Below, piece after piece: positions 1 through 10,776 of a DNA stretch of 64,000 nucleotides (position 1 is its first letter; every line of letters starts with the position of its first letter). The notes beneath the pieces are model-generated. The model worked only from the letters and a program-made list of their open reading frames with translations. It was not told where the DNA came from and did no database searches. The stretch spans positions 32,001-96,000 of IMG/VR virus record IMGVR_UViG_3300014204_000130, one strand, 5' to 3'. This DNA comes from a virus. Lineage: Duplodnaviria; Caudoviricetes. A program made the translations under genes and the position numbers.

Positions 1-653
1 TTCAGTCCAATGGTGGACGATTCCGTAGAAGTTCCAGAGAATAATTCTATATTGTTTGGGAAGATTAAAGAATCGGCGGCACGTTTTGGATCGAACATGA
101 AATTTTCTTGAAAATATGGAATTGCTTTTACCATTTCTTTACAGTTTGAATACATATTCTTCTTGGCTTGTTTCTCTGTAATTGAAATGATCATAATTGC
201 AATCTTTGATTCGGCAGATAACTTGAAATACAACTGTGGTTGTTTCAAACATGATAAAATGTATGCATTCCAAATCAATCCAAGTGACATAAAGAATGAT
301 TTGCCCCAGCCGATGCTACCCTTGAGTATTGTTTCTCTTATTTCAGATTTAAGATCATGAACTGCACAAAAATCATTTTTAAGCGTTACATACATTGTTT
401 GTGCAACACCAATTCCAGTTGATTGATTTTTTCCACAATAATAAGGATCTTCTAGGAATTGCAATGGAGTAACTGGATCATATTTAAAAGGATTCAGCGT
501 TTCCAACAGATCATCATAAATGTCACTAAACACTTCCGTCAATAATTCTTGATTATTTTGATGTAAAGTAAATATCTTTTTGATTTGTTCATTCTGGTTA
601 TTCTTTAAGAAGTCGTTGAACTTCTGTGTTATTTCTGCTTTCGTTAAAAACAT
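1..653 (-). CDS. terL: Terminase large subunit, N-terminal part (runs off the left edge)
   Basis: Manually translated from ATG at 653: MFLTKAEITQ...PLQFLEDPYYCG...ETILKGSIGWGKSFF...IAIMIISITEKQAKK. Walker A GSIGWGKS plus FLEDPYY-type motif of large-phage terminases; open to position 1; not in the ORF track. Confidence 0.8.
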   Translation of the reverse strand, partial: MFLTKAEITQKFNDFLKNNQNEQIKKIFTLHQNNQELLTEVFSDIYDDLLETLNPFKYDPVTPLQFLEDPYYCGKNQSTGIGVAQTMYVTLKNDFCAVHDLKSEIRETILKGSIGWGKSFFMSLGLIWNAYILSCLKQPQLYFKLSAESKIAIMIISITEKQAKKNMYSNCKEMVKAIPYFQENFMFDPKRAADSLIFPNNIELFSGTSTESSTIGL

Positions 654-694
654 AGAATTTCATTCCCCGTTGAAAAAATAAATTTTAAAAACTA

Positions 695-723
695 TTGACT
701 ATCATCTAGCAACAGAGTATACT
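695..723 (+). promoter_or_regulatory. sigma70-type promoter
   Basis: TTGACT-N17-TATACT upstream of the GGAGG RBS of ORF 796. Confidence 0.7.
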
Positions 724-795
724 ATTGGTCCCGTTGAAATTTAATCAACGTTTGATGATTTGTAATCAGAATAACACATTGGAGGTTAATTTGAA

Positions 796-1263
796 ATGGA
801 TGAAGTTTTAGATGTAATTGATTCAACTTTGAAAGATACAAATCCTAAACAATTTTTTGCGGATTCAAAACTACCACTCCACCTTTGGCCGGAAACTGCA
901 ACAATTCTCGGAGCATTGGGATTGCTTGATGGTGCTAACAAATATGGTCGGGCAAATTTCCGGGCTGTGGGTGCCAGAGCTTCAACCTATGTCGATGCTT
1001 GTAAACGACATTTGAATGCATGGTTTGAAGGCGAAGATCACGACCCCGATTCAGGACTTCCACATTTCGCACATGCATTGGCATGTCTCGCAATCTTGGT
1101 TGATTCTCAAGTAAAGGGCAATCTCACAGATGACCGAATGTATAAAACCAATTACCGAGAATTCATCAACAAGATGACACCACATGTCAAACGTTTGAAA
1201 GAACTTCACAAGGATAAAAATCCAAAACATTACACGATTAAGGATTCCAACAATGGAAATTAA
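796..1263 (+). CDS. dATP/dGTP diphosphohydrolase domain protein (DUF5664-like)
   Basis: GANKYGRANFR...ACKRHLNAWFEGEDHDPDSGLPHFAHALACL signature. Confidence 0.85.
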   Translation: MDEVLDVIDSTLKDTNPKQFFADSKLPLHLWPETATILGALGLLDGANKYGRANFRAVGARASTYVDACKRHLNAWFEGEDHDPDSGLPHFAHALACLAILVDSQVKGNLTDDRMYKTNYREFINKMTPHVKRLKELHKDKNPKHYTIKDSNNGN

Positions 1264-1741
1264 AGTTGAGAAAATGACAACAAAGTATCTCTTGGATGAA
1301 GCATGTTCATTCACAGCCAATAAAGAAGTGCATCCAAACTTATTGAAAATGTATCGCGCAGAACATTCAGTCATTCGAACACAATTGTTTCTCGTGCGCA
1401 TGTATGACATCAAGACATTTGTTTCTGTGCATTTGGTTCGCCATACCCAAGGGATAAGCCATTTTGTCAAATCCAATAGGGAAGATCGTCCGGGACACAC
1501 AGGGGATCTTGGTAGAGATCAACCCGTGAACCATCTGATGTTTCTCAATGCACAGTCATTGATCAACTTGGCTCGAAAACGTTTATGTAATAAAGCCCAC
1601 AAAGAAACCATCGAAGTCATGAAACGTATAGTCGAAGAAGTTCGCAAGGTTGATCAAGATCTTGCAGTTTGTATGGTTCCGGATTGCATATATCGTGGGA
1701 AGTGCAATGAACCTGTAAGTTGCGGAGGATATTCAAAATGA
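1253..1741 (+). CDS. thyX: FAD-dependent thymidylate synthase ThyX-like (short form)
   Basis: EHSVIR, HLVRH...SNR and RKRLC motifs. Confidence 0.75.
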   Translation: MEIKVEKMTTKYLLDEACSFTANKEVHPNLLKMYRAEHSVIRTQLFLVRMYDIKTFVSVHLVRHTQGISHFVKSNREDRPGHTGDLGRDQPVNHLMFLNAQSLINLARKRLCNKAHKETIEVMKRIVEEVRKVDQDLAVCMVPDCIYRGKCNEPVSCGGYSK

Positions 1742-2274
1742 AATGTGATCCACTTATCGACATTGTAAATCAAATCAACAATGAAAAGATTCGGAACTTC
1801 ACAATTGCAGTTTTGAATGCGGTACCTGATGATTTCTGGACTATGAAAACCAGCACATCTGGAAAGTATCATCCTCCCGAATGCAATGAAGTTGGTGGAC
1901 TTATAATCCACATCCAAAGAGCTTGTTACTTTGGAAGTTTGTTTATAAATGCAAATGGATGGGATAGTCTGAATATTCGCGGAGACATTCTATTATCTGC
2001 ACTTCTATTACATGACATTGGAAAAAGAGAGAAATATGATAAGTATTGGGATTATGTAAATCATCCAATTTCGGGATCAAAAATGTTATATCCATACAAA
2101 CATATGCTCCCGGAAAAAGTATTTGTTATGATTTCCAATTGTGTTTTGCATCACATGAATCGCTTTGGGCCAAAGACAATCCAGAAGCCAGACAACAAAT
2201 ATAATATTTTGGAATTATATACATATCAGGCCGATTATCTTGCATCTCAGAAATCTCTCAAAATTGGCAATTGA
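1738..2274 (+). CDS. HD-domain phosphohydrolase
   Basis: STSGKYHP...GGLIIH...LLHDIGK...H...HHM...ADY. Confidence 0.85.
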   Translation: MKCDPLIDIVNQINNEKIRNFTIAVLNAVPDDFWTMKTSTSGKYHPPECNEVGGLIIHIQRACYFGSLFINANGWDSLNIRGDILLSALLLHDIGKREKYDKYWDYVNHPISGSKMLYPYKHMLPEKVFVMISNCVLHHMNRFGPKTIQKPDNKYNILELYTYQADYLASQKSLKIGN

Positions 2275-2485
2275 TTATGGGAAGAAATTCTGATTTAAGT
2301 TGGTTTGCATCTGAATTAAGAGCAAAATTTGGAACTAGAATGTTTACAACTATTGAAGTCCAAATTAAATTCTACTTGGCTCCACATATGACATGTGGAA
2401 GAATGCAAACATTACTTGAAAAAGGATATGTTGTTTTGGTACAATCTGGAGAACCAAAAAAATTTCATATCTGGAGAATGAAAAC

Positions 2486-2764
2486 ATGGTCCTTGAAACT
2501 CTCGATCCCATAGACGATGAAACATATATTCGTTCTTGGGAAAAAATGTATCGCGATATCTTTGGAAATCTAATCGATAAGCAGGAGTCTACAATGATTT
2601 GTCCAAGTTGTTTAAGTAATACAACCGATCCAAAATTTGAACACATGAAAATGAAAACCATTACGAATACTGGAAAGTATGTTTGTAGTCTTTGCAACAA
2701 AGTTATCTTGGTTGTGAAAGATTCAGATGGTAAATTTGTTCAGAAAGAACGCATTACAGAATAG
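2486..2764 (+). CDS. Small zinc-ribbon protein
   Basis: CPSC...CSLC pair; packed in the operon. Confidence 0.5.
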   Translation: MVLETLDPIDDETYIRSWEKMYRDIFGNLIDKQESTMICPSCLSNTTDPKFEHMKMKTITNTGKYVCSLCNKVILVVKDSDGKFVQKERITE

Positions 2765-2775
2765 AGGAGTTTGAG

Positions 2776-3216
2776 ATGTTTTGTGAACTTACGGATTCAG
2801 AATTGGTTATTGAAAAAATTCACGATTACATTAAAGATCCATCATATGCAACCGATGGAAGTGTTGGTATTGATATCTATTGTCCGAAAACCGTTGTGTT
2901 TCTACCCGGAAGAACAACCATTGTTCCATTGGGAATCAAATGTAAATTTCCCAAAACACTTTGGGGAAAACTGGAAGCCAAAAGTGGATTGGCCGTAAAA
3001 AACGGATTGGATTTCTACGCCGGAGTCATTGACAGTGACTATCGACATGAGATTTGCGCGGTTCTTATATCACATGGGGAACAGCCATTCACGATAGAGA
3101 AGGGTCAGAAGATCATTCAGATGGTGATGATGCCAGTTATCAAGCCTCGTCTAACAATTGGACAAATCGACGACCCGACTACAAGGTTTGGAGGATTTGG
3201 TAGCACCGGGAAATAA
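2776..3216 (+). CDS. dut: Trimeric dUTPase
   Basis: GIDI, KSGLA, GVIDSDYR, KIIQ and RFGGFGSTG motifs. Confidence 0.95.
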   Translation: MFCELTDSELVIEKIHDYIKDPSYATDGSVGIDIYCPKTVVFLPGRTTIVPLGIKCKFPKTLWGKLEAKSGLAVKNGLDFYAGVIDSDYRHEICAVLISHGEQPFTIEKGQKIIQMVMMPVIKPRLTIGQIDDPTTRFGGFGSTGK

Positions 3217-3243
3217 AATATTTTTCAAAAGCTAGAAAATCGC

Positions 3244-3272
3244 TTGACATCCTCAAGCGATTTTGCTATTTT
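3244..3272 (+). promoter_or_regulatory. sigma70-type promoter
   Basis: TTGACA-N17-TATTTT before AAGGAG RBS of ORF 3310. Confidence 0.6.
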
Positions 3273-3309
3273 AAGAGTAACTTAATGATTCCTTAAAGGA
3301 GATACATAT

Positions 3310-3510
3310 ATGCAAATCACTGTGCGTCCTCTGTTTATCCGGCTCACTCCCGAGGAACGGGAAGCGTTCGATCTCTGTTGTAGAGATCTGGGTGTAAATT
3401 ATTCCATCGTTGGACGGGCAATGGTTAAACATTGCCTAAAGGCAATCAGTAAAGGTAAGAAACTCAATTTGATGGCCGGTATGGTAAAATTCGATCCAAG
3501 TAAATCATAA
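3310..3510 (+). CDS. Ribbon-helix-helix-like DNA-binding protein
   Basis: 66 aa; beta-strand (LFIRL) followed by two helices (EEREAFDLCCRDLG / YSIVGRAMV). Confidence 0.55.
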   Translation: MQITVRPLFIRLTPEEREAFDLCCRDLGVNYSIVGRAMVKHCLKAISKGKKLNLMAGMVKFDPSKS

Positions 3511-3523
3511 AGGAGAAAAATCA

Positions 3524-5698
3524 ATGAAATTTTATCGAAATGAAATTAAACTCGGGAAAGAAAAGAAAGTTCTCATCACTTGCAATCACCATGAAAACAA
3601 TGAAGCAAAGATTGTAAAAGAAATTGGGAATTTCCATCACATCCATGTCATCGACCGTTCCGGCAGTATGCAAGGTTCTATTGCCGAACTCATTGAAGAT
3701 GTAATTGCAACATTTTCATTGATGGGACCAAATGATATTGTATCTGTCCTTTGGTTTTCATCCGAAAATCAACAGGGTGTTATTTTGAAAGGTGCGAAGA
3801 ATGATCCATCCTTGAAAGAAGTTCTTCGCAAATATAAATCCACCGTTGGAATGACCTGCTTTTCACAACCGATGGAAATGGTGAAATCCATCATTGATGA
3901 ACTCTCTCCAATGTGTTCGAATATCGTGGTAAATTTCTTCACGGATGGTATGCCTGTAGTTTCTTGGGGATCAACCGAAGAATTCAAACGGACACACGCT
4001 ATTGTCGAATCGTTTTCCCACAAGATCATATCCATGAATACCATCGGATATGGCCAATACTATTCTCAGCAATTCTTACGGGATCTGGCCGGATTGACGC
4101 AGTATGGACAATTTGTACATGCTTCGAATATCCGGGATTATCAGAAAATTTTCGATACGAACTACCAGATTGTCAAAGAAAACATTCTGGACAAAGTTGA
4201 AATTGAAGCACCAGGAATTATAATTTATCTTAATCGGAAAACAACCAAATGTTCTGGAGCTACTGCCAAACTTGAATTGACTTCATTGGATAACAACAAG
4301 AATCAATTCTTCATCCTAATGAATATGGATACAACGTGTCTTATCAACGGTGAAAAGATCGAATCCAGTTCCATTTTAAACAAAGCTTCAGATGCAACCA
4401 TCCAGAACTTCTATTATGCCCTTGCTTATAATATGTATTATGATGGTACTCGTTCTGAAGCTCTGGAAGTTATTGTGAAAAATATCGGAAATGGATATCT
4501 TGCAGATCGACAACTTTCTGCCTGGACATTCGATGAAGTTTCCGATTATGAATCGATCTTGTTCCAAAGAACAATCAATCCAGAATCTCGGAAGAATGAC
4601 ACTCCATGCAAATCAAATTATCTTCCGAAAGACAATGCCTTTTGTTTCATGGATATGATGCTCTTACTTTCCAGAGATGGAGCATTATATCTTCCATATC
4701 ATTCAGAATCGGAAGATTACGAACGAATCGGAAAGAAAGCAGAATATGTTGAATTTGGATTCCATCGGGACAATTCCAAAATTCCAAGTGCCTCTTTCTC
4801 CAATGTTGTATTCACCAAAGATCGTTGCAATATCGGATTGAAATTTCAGATCGCTGGATATGTTGATATCAAACCCGAACATTCCAAAAACATTTCCAAA
4901 ATTGATTGCTCTATCTTCCGAACACATAATCTGATTCTCGACGGATATCCAAATTTGAAATCCATTGTTGTTTGTATGTCTTCCAAACTTTACAACAAAC
5001 TTCTCACCAAGAAAGTCGATGTTGTATATCTGGAAGATGGAGACGGTGAAGATACTTCGGTGATTTGCAAAATCAATCTTTGTTCTATTCCGGTTATCAA
5101 CAAGAAAATGTCCGAAGGAAATACCGGAAGTTCGATTTTACATCTAATCGAAGAACAAATTGAACATGAAACAAATATCAAAGTTATCGGTTCTCTGATT
5201 GAACAACTTGGAAAATCAAAAGCCAAGAAGTTTTCGGAATATACGACCGAGGAAAGTCTTTTGTTGGACAGATATGGAATCGACAAGTCGGGCGTATATC
5301 GTGGTATCGGATTGAGTCAAAAGAAAAATGATGCATGTGACTACTACATCTCAAAGAACGTGGAATTCTCCTTACAGGGATTCAAAAAGATTCCGTCTGT
5401 CAATGAATATCTCAAACGAGTCGCGGCCAAGAAAGATATGAAAGGATGTATCACACTCATTCATGAGGCGTATGAAAAATTCATCAAACTTCCTTTGGCA
5501 CAACTTGAAACTCAATTGATCAATGAGCAAGATCTTCTCCGGGATGTAAAGTATGAATTGTCGATCATCAAAATGTCATTGATTCTTACTGGATCTTGGA
5601 TTCCAGATTTCAAGAAGAATGACAATGGTGAATTCATTTATACCGATTCATTACACACCGCTGAAATGTGTATCTCGGAAGAAAAACAATACTTCTAA
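3524..5698 (+). CDS. Large vWA-domain protein
   Basis: MIDAS motif VIDRSGSM, conserved Thr, FFTDG; 724 aa. Confidence 0.8.
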   Translation: MKFYRNEIKLGKEKKVLITCNHHENNEAKIVKEIGNFHHIHVIDRSGSMQGSIAELIEDVIATFSLMGPNDIVSVLWFSSENQQGVILKGAKNDPSLKEVLRKYKSTVGMTCFSQPMEMVKSIIDELSPMCSNIVVNFFTDGMPVVSWGSTEEFKRTHAIVESFSHKIISMNTIGYGQYYSQQFLRDLAGLTQYGQFVHASNIRDYQKIFDTNYQIVKENILDKVEIEAPGIIIYLNRKTTKCSGATAKLELTSLDNNKNQFFILMNMDTTCLINGEKIESSSILNKASDATIQNFYYALAYNMYYDGTRSEALEVIVKNIGNGYLADRQLSAWTFDEVSDYESILFQRTINPESRKNDTPCKSNYLPKDNAFCFMDMMLLLSRDGALYLPYHSESEDYERIGKKAEYVEFGFHRDNSKIPSASFSNVVFTKDRCNIGLKFQIAGYVDIKPEHSKNISKIDCSIFRTHNLILDGYPNLKSIVVCMSSKLYNKLLTKKVDVVYLEDGDGEDTSVICKINLCSIPVINKKMSEGNTGSSILHLIEEQIEHETNIKVIGSLIEQLGKSKAKKFSEYTTEESLLLDRYGIDKSGVYRGIGLSQKKNDACDYYISKNVEFSLQGFKKIPSVNEYLKRVAAKKDMKGCITLIHEAYEKFIKLPLAQLETQLINEQDLLRDVKYELSIIKMSLILTGSWIPDFKKNDNGEFIYTDSLHTAEMCISEEKQYF

Positions 5699-5708
5699 TC
5701 TGATAAAT

Positions 5709-5738
5709 ATACTTGGGAGGGTTATTCCTCCCAAGTAT
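5709..5738 (+). terminator. Hairpin after the vWA gene (terminator or processing stem)
   Basis: ATACTTGGGAGG/CCTCCCAAGTAT 12-bp stem. Confidence 0.5.
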
Positions 5739-6817
5739 TCGAAAGGAGTTATTAAAATGATTTGGGATATACAAAATAAATACACCAGACATATTTGTAT
5801 CTGTAAAGATTGTAAATCTGAATTCTTTGCACCTACAACAACTTCAAAATATTGTCCCAATTGTAAAAAGAATGCTGCTCTAAGCAAACTTAAATGTAAC
5901 AATTCAAACCTTGATTTTTTTAAACATGAAATCTTCCCGAAATCGAAATGTAAAATTTGTCGTGGAACTGGATATTCTATTAAAAATCAAAAACCGTGTT
6001 GGGAATGCAGTAAATGAAACGTCTTTGTGAAATCTGTGGCTGTGAATTGAAAGAAGTTGGACTTGGAATGGATGCACCGATAAGGGAATGTATGAAACTT
6101 GTTTGTCCATCAAATACAAAACATGGACCGTTTTGGAAAAATCATATGGAATTGGAAAATAATTTTGAATATCAACGTCGAATTGGACAGGAAGCTATGG
6201 AGTATAAATTGTAATGGAAGAATCTGGAACATATATTTCAGAACTACCTGGAGAAATTGATTGGAAAGAACGAGCATTGAATTCCGAAGATTTACTTCGG
6301 GAAGTTACAAATACATTCTCAGTGTTTGGGTTATCTCCATGCGATCAACGATTGATTCTTATTGATAAAATCAATCAGTATCTATTACAAAAATAAAGGA
6401 TAAGAATATGTTAAATTATATTTACATTGTTGCATATATACCAAATGACGATACCGAAAAAACATTATCATTTCTTCATTATTTCATCACGGCTGCAAAT
6501 GATGAAGATGCATATGGTATTGGGATGGAAACTCACGATGATTCTATTCCAGGAAAATTGGTTAATAATTATGTAATCCCAATTCCACAAATATATCCTA
6601 TGGGAATTCCATCATGAAACATCCAATTTCAATTTTCAAACTCAAATGTTTTATATTCGGACATGGATTTATAAGAATTTCCTTTTATGAACAATCAGGA
6701 GCCATAATCTTTGGATTTAAATGCAAACATTGTGGATTGATAATAGATGAATTGGAACATGAACAATCAGCAGTAATTGGAATTAAAGAAATTGCATAAT
6801 TCTTTTTGGAGGATAGA

Positions 6818-7189
6818 ATGAAACAAATCTATTTAAATTGGATTTCATCAAATTATGGAATCCGAGAAAAATGTTATAGGAAATGCGTAGAAGCAACTAC
6901 GGAAATGTGTTTAAAATTTCCAGAACTTTCCCGCGTGCGTGGGCATGTTCGAGAATGGATTGGTGATTCAAAACCACAACCACATTGGTGGTGTGTTGAT
7001 AAAGAGGGTGAAATAATTGATCCAACCAATAAACAATTTTTCGGGCCATTGGATTATATTCCTTGGAATGAAGGAACCCCAGAACCAACTGGAAAATGTC
7101 CAAATTGTTCTGGATATTCTTACAATTATTCCGTATGTTGCTCTGACAAATGCTCGGAAGAATATAAAAATTACATTCTAGGAAAATAA
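6818..7189 (+). CDS. Hypothetical phage protein with Cys/His motifs
   Basis: GGAGG RBS; C...HWWC...IDPT pattern (possibly papain/transglutaminase-like) and Cys-rich C-terminus. Confidence 0.5.
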   Translation: MKQIYLNWISSNYGIREKCYRKCVEATTEMCLKFPELSRVRGHVREWIGDSKPQPHWWCVDKEGEIIDPTNKQFFGPLDYIPWNEGTPEPTGKCPNCSGYSYNYSVCCSDKCSEEYKNYILGK

Positions 7190-7192
7190 ATC

Positions 7193-7693
7193 ATGCGCTT
7201 ACAACGTATAAGAGATACACATACAAAACTTATGGTAAAGAAAGATAAAGAACTTCCACCTCGTCCAGATAATCCTATTTGGAAAGATGATTACTGCCGA
7301 GGATGTGGGATTGAATTTAATCCAATGAATCCCGGCGCAACAAAGTATTATCATTCCAAAGAATGCAAAGCCATACATAGAGATGTTTCAACCATGCATG
7401 TTGTAAGCATGAAATTTGAAGAACATGTTGAAATGTTTCTTGCAATCGATATCTCTAGAATTAAATATCTTTTAAAATCTGGCAAAAGTAGTTGGACAAC
7501 ACGGGAAGTATCAAATTTAATCAAACATTTGTCTTTAAAATCTACTTTAAAGTGGTTGAAAGACATGGAAGAAATGAATGGAGTAATCCGAAGAAATACT
7601 GATGGAAGTAGAACAAAGTTAAGATATGTTTGGATATTAAACATGAAAAATAGGGAAATTCTAAAAATCTTAGAGAAAATGAAGAAATCGTAA
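7193..7693 (+). CDS. Hypothetical protein (Zn finger plus possible winged helix)
   Basis: CRGC...HSKEC, then WTTREVS...TLKWLKDM. Confidence 0.45.
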   Translation: MRLQRIRDTHTKLMVKKDKELPPRPDNPIWKDDYCRGCGIEFNPMNPGATKYYHSKECKAIHRDVSTMHVVSMKFEEHVEMFLAIDISRIKYLLKSGKSSWTTREVSNLIKHLSLKSTLKWLKDMEEMNGVIRRNTDGSRTKLRYVWILNMKNREILKILEKMKKS

Positions 7694-7699
7694 TTTTTG

Positions 7700-7728
7700 T
7701 TGACAAAGTGCTAGTAAAGTGCTATTAT
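7700..7728 (+). promoter_or_regulatory. sigma70-type promoter with AAGTGCTA boxes in the spacer
   Basis: TTGACA-N17-TATTAT. Confidence 0.75.
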
Positions 7729-8223
7729 TAGGTATTGGAGGCTTAAAACACAAATTTATCAAGAAAATGTGAGGTTTTAAATGATTTGTCCCGTTTGTGA
7801 GCAAGAAATGAAACAAAGTATGTCGGAATTAACACATTTTTATTGTATAAATCATAATTGTGTTATGAATTTAATATATTTTCATAAATTCGAAACAAAA
7901 GTATTAAAAACTGCAATAAAATCATCGAAAACTGTCGAAAGATTGGAAGAAACGATATATAATTTGCAAAAAGAATTGAATGAGGAGAAACTACAATCGA
8001 AAGAATAGGAGGATTATATGATTAAATATGAATTTCACGAGGAGAATCAAGAACGTGAAGGTCTGATTAAAGAACTTGTATGGTTATCAATTGCAATAAC
8101 AATCATAATATCTATCATCGTTTATGGTTATCTTGAGGATGATTCATATTATCGGGAAAATGGATTTCAATACACAAATGGAATTTGGCATAAACCGGCT
8201 GAATTAAAATAAGGAGAAATATC

Positions 8224-9783
8224 ATGAGTAAAAAGAAACGACATGTACAAATTGGACAGGTTTGGAAGCATTGTGCAACATCCAACATGTATTTGATCGA
8301 GAAATTTACAAGCGATTCCAGTAGTGAAAAGACAATGGTGATATACAAATCGCTGAAAGACAATCGGCATTGGAATCGTCTTTTGGAAGAATTCCTTTCT
8401 CCGGGAAGATTTGAATATTATGGAGAGTATACGACAGATGCCAGTCGCATTGAAAAAGAACTTGGAATTTCTTTGGAAGAACAAAAGATATTGAAACTTC
8501 ACGCCGAAAACAAAGATTTACATGAACGTCTTCAAAAATCTAGTAAACTTAGTGTTGATCAATACAAACTAAATCTTGAATTGCGGAATCAAATTCAAAA
8601 ACTTGAGCACCCATTGAACTCGGAGAAGTTAGTTCCGGAACCAATTTGGGGAGAAATCCCGACTCCAAAATTCGATTCTTCCGTGTTATCTCCGGGAGAA
8701 CCTGAAAAAGTTAAGGACGAAGAAATTCAAAGATGGAAAGTTGAAAATACCAGATTAAATACCCGGCTTGAACATTTTAAAAAGGCATATCGAGAGAAAC
8801 ATGAACATTTAAAAATGTTATATGGTGAACGAAATAATCTTGAAGAGTCCAACAAAAGACTCTCCGATGAAGTTCGGAAATTGCGAGAAGAATGCAAAAA
8901 CAAAGCAAGTGTGATACATTTGGAGAAAACTTCCAAACAAGTTGCAATGGATAATTCAATTGCATTCGATGCCGTATTGAATGCAAAGATTACAAAGTTG
9001 GAAAAGGAATTGCAAGATGTAAATTGTAAACTGGATAATTCCAAAATAATGTTACATGATGAACGCGATAAAGTTCTGGGATTTCAGAAAGAATGTAGGA
9101 TCAAAGAGAATCTCATAAGCATTAAAGATGTAAAATTCCAAGAATTGGAAGCTAAGTACAAAGAACTTGAATCCTCTGCAAATCTGACAATTGCCGCTTT
9201 GAACCATACCGTCGATGAATTGAAACGCGAGAATTTCGAATGGATTCGAAACCATGACGGATATTTGGAACATACTCTCATTAAGGATAATAAAATTGCA
9301 GAGTTGGAAAAGGAATTGCAGAAAGTTACATCGGAAAAAGTAACTGCTGAAAAAGATTGCCAGTCGTTGCAGTTGAAAATGAGTAAATTGTGTGAAGAAA
9401 ATGGTATTTTGAAAACTCAAATTCTTCGACAAGAATCCTGTTCTAACAAAATGAATAATGAACAGACATCGACAATCGGAAAACAACGTGAACAAATTCA
9501 TGCATTGCAAATGAAAATAAATTCGTTGGAAAATGTTAAGAACTCTGACCTGATCAAACATCTTGATAACAGCATTGCAAAGTTGCAGATTGAGGTTGAA
9601 CGGCAAGAGAAAGAAGTCGAACGTTTGAAAACTGAAATCTCTCTGTTGCAAGCATACAAGTTCGGAAAGAAATTGCCGAAAGAAATCGAATTCAAAATAC
9701 AATCTCTGGAAGGAACCATCGACCGATTGAATTCTCGGATAAAAGGCATTCAAAATTTTGTAGGTCAAAGTAAGGAAGAATAA
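8224..9783 (+). CDS. DUF1653-like N-terminal domain plus long coiled coil
   Basis: WKH...Y...EKTMVIYKSL...WNRLLEEFL followed by ~400 aa of heptad-rich sequence. Confidence 0.65.
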   Translation: MSKKKRHVQIGQVWKHCATSNMYLIEKFTSDSSSEKTMVIYKSLKDNRHWNRLLEEFLSPGRFEYYGEYTTDASRIEKELGISLEEQKILKLHAENKDLHERLQKSSKLSVDQYKLNLELRNQIQKLEHPLNSEKLVPEPIWGEIPTPKFDSSVLSPGEPEKVKDEEIQRWKVENTRLNTRLEHFKKAYREKHEHLKMLYGERNNLEESNKRLSDEVRKLREECKNKASVIHLEKTSKQVAMDNSIAFDAVLNAKITKLEKELQDVNCKLDNSKIMLHDERDKVLGFQKECRIKENLISIKDVKFQELEAKYKELESSANLTIAALNHTVDELKRENFEWIRNHDGYLEHTLIKDNKIAELEKELQKVTSEKVTAEKDCQSLQLKMSKLCEENGILKTQILRQESCSNKMNNEQTSTIGKQREQIHALQMKINSLENVKNSDLIKHLDNSIAKLQIEVERQEKEVERLKTEISLLQAYKFGKKLPKEIEFKIQSLEGTIDRLNSRIKGIQNFVGQSKEE

Positions 9784-9993
9784 CATGAGAAAGGTAATTC
9801 TTGCAGATGATGGATGTGAATTTTCCGATGTCGAAACGTGTCAATTCTATGAAGAGAATGAAATGCCACATCGGGCCATCATTAATAAGATCTTACAGAT
9901 GGATCACTCCGGAGAAAGTCGGGAAGAGATTTATCAAGCGATTCGATATGCATTTAAAATACAAATCGTAAAATGAAGTAAGGAGGTAAGCAT

Positions 9994-10143
9994 ATGGCTA
10001 ATTGGGGTGGATTTTCTTGGAAGAGGTTTTTCGGTATCTCCGGTGCGAAGGCCAAGATCGGTCGGACTCTTGGTATCCCCACGACAAAGGGTGGTCGTCA
10101 ACGTAAGGTAGGTGGTTTGCTTTACTGGTTGTTTGGGTGGTAG
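9994..10143 (+). CDS. 49-aa basic Gly-rich small protein (not in the ORF track)
   Basis: AAGGAGG RBS; MANWGGFSWKRFFGISGAKAKIGRTLGIPTTKGGRQRKVGGLLYWLFGW; resembles a recalled conserved FSWKR..GIS..K..I.R..GIP.T..GRQRK family. Confidence 0.75.
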   Translation: MANWGGFSWKRFFGISGAKAKIGRTLGIPTTKGGRQRKVGGLLYWLFGW

Positions 10144-10150
10144 ATTTCTT

Positions 10151-10196
10151 GCCTCGCGCACGCGGGCCTGCGTATGCGTATGCGCGTGCGCGAGGC
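10151..10196. repeat. GC-rich perfect 14-bp inverted repeat
   Basis: GCCTCGCGCACGCG / CGCGTGCGCGAGGC. Confidence 0.85.
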
Positions 10197-10776
10197 GTTT
10201 AAAAATTTTGTCCAAGATTGGAATTTCATTATGAGCGTAAGAACTGTTGGTGACATGCAGAGAATCGTAGATCGAAAAGATCAAATGATTACAAAACTTG
10301 AAAAACGAATACTGGAGAAGAACAAAGAGATAACACAATTGATTAAAACGGCAACATCTTATGAACATTGCATTAAGAAGTTGGAATTGAAGATGCTTTC
10401 CGTTGAGAAAAAAAAGAATTCGACAAATTTGGAGACTGATAATGAAAGACATAATTGTAAAGATTAAACATGCACTTGACAAGAAATATGTATTCGATCA
10501 ACCAGGAGAAGTAACACGAGATCCATTGAAAGATATTAAAATTCTTTTACAAGAAATAAATACAATTCAAATTCGGGAAGCTCTTGTTGCAAAACATCGG
10601 GATGAGATTCAGAAATTATTTGATGAGAATTGTAAACATTCCGACAGACAATATAAAAGAATAATAGAATTGTATGAGAAGATACTGGAATGGAAATGTA
10701 GAATGGGGTCTACAGATTTTTATAGTAGCAAAGACATTGTGAAAGAAATGACATCTTTGTTGGAAGAAATTAAGAA

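Noticed and set aside
163-360. + strand 65-aa ORF
   Set aside because: Antisense shadow of the terminase gene
9052-9786. 244-aa - strand ORF
   Set aside because: Antisense shadow of the coiled-coil gene; Phe/Leu bias mirrors the Glu/Lys codons
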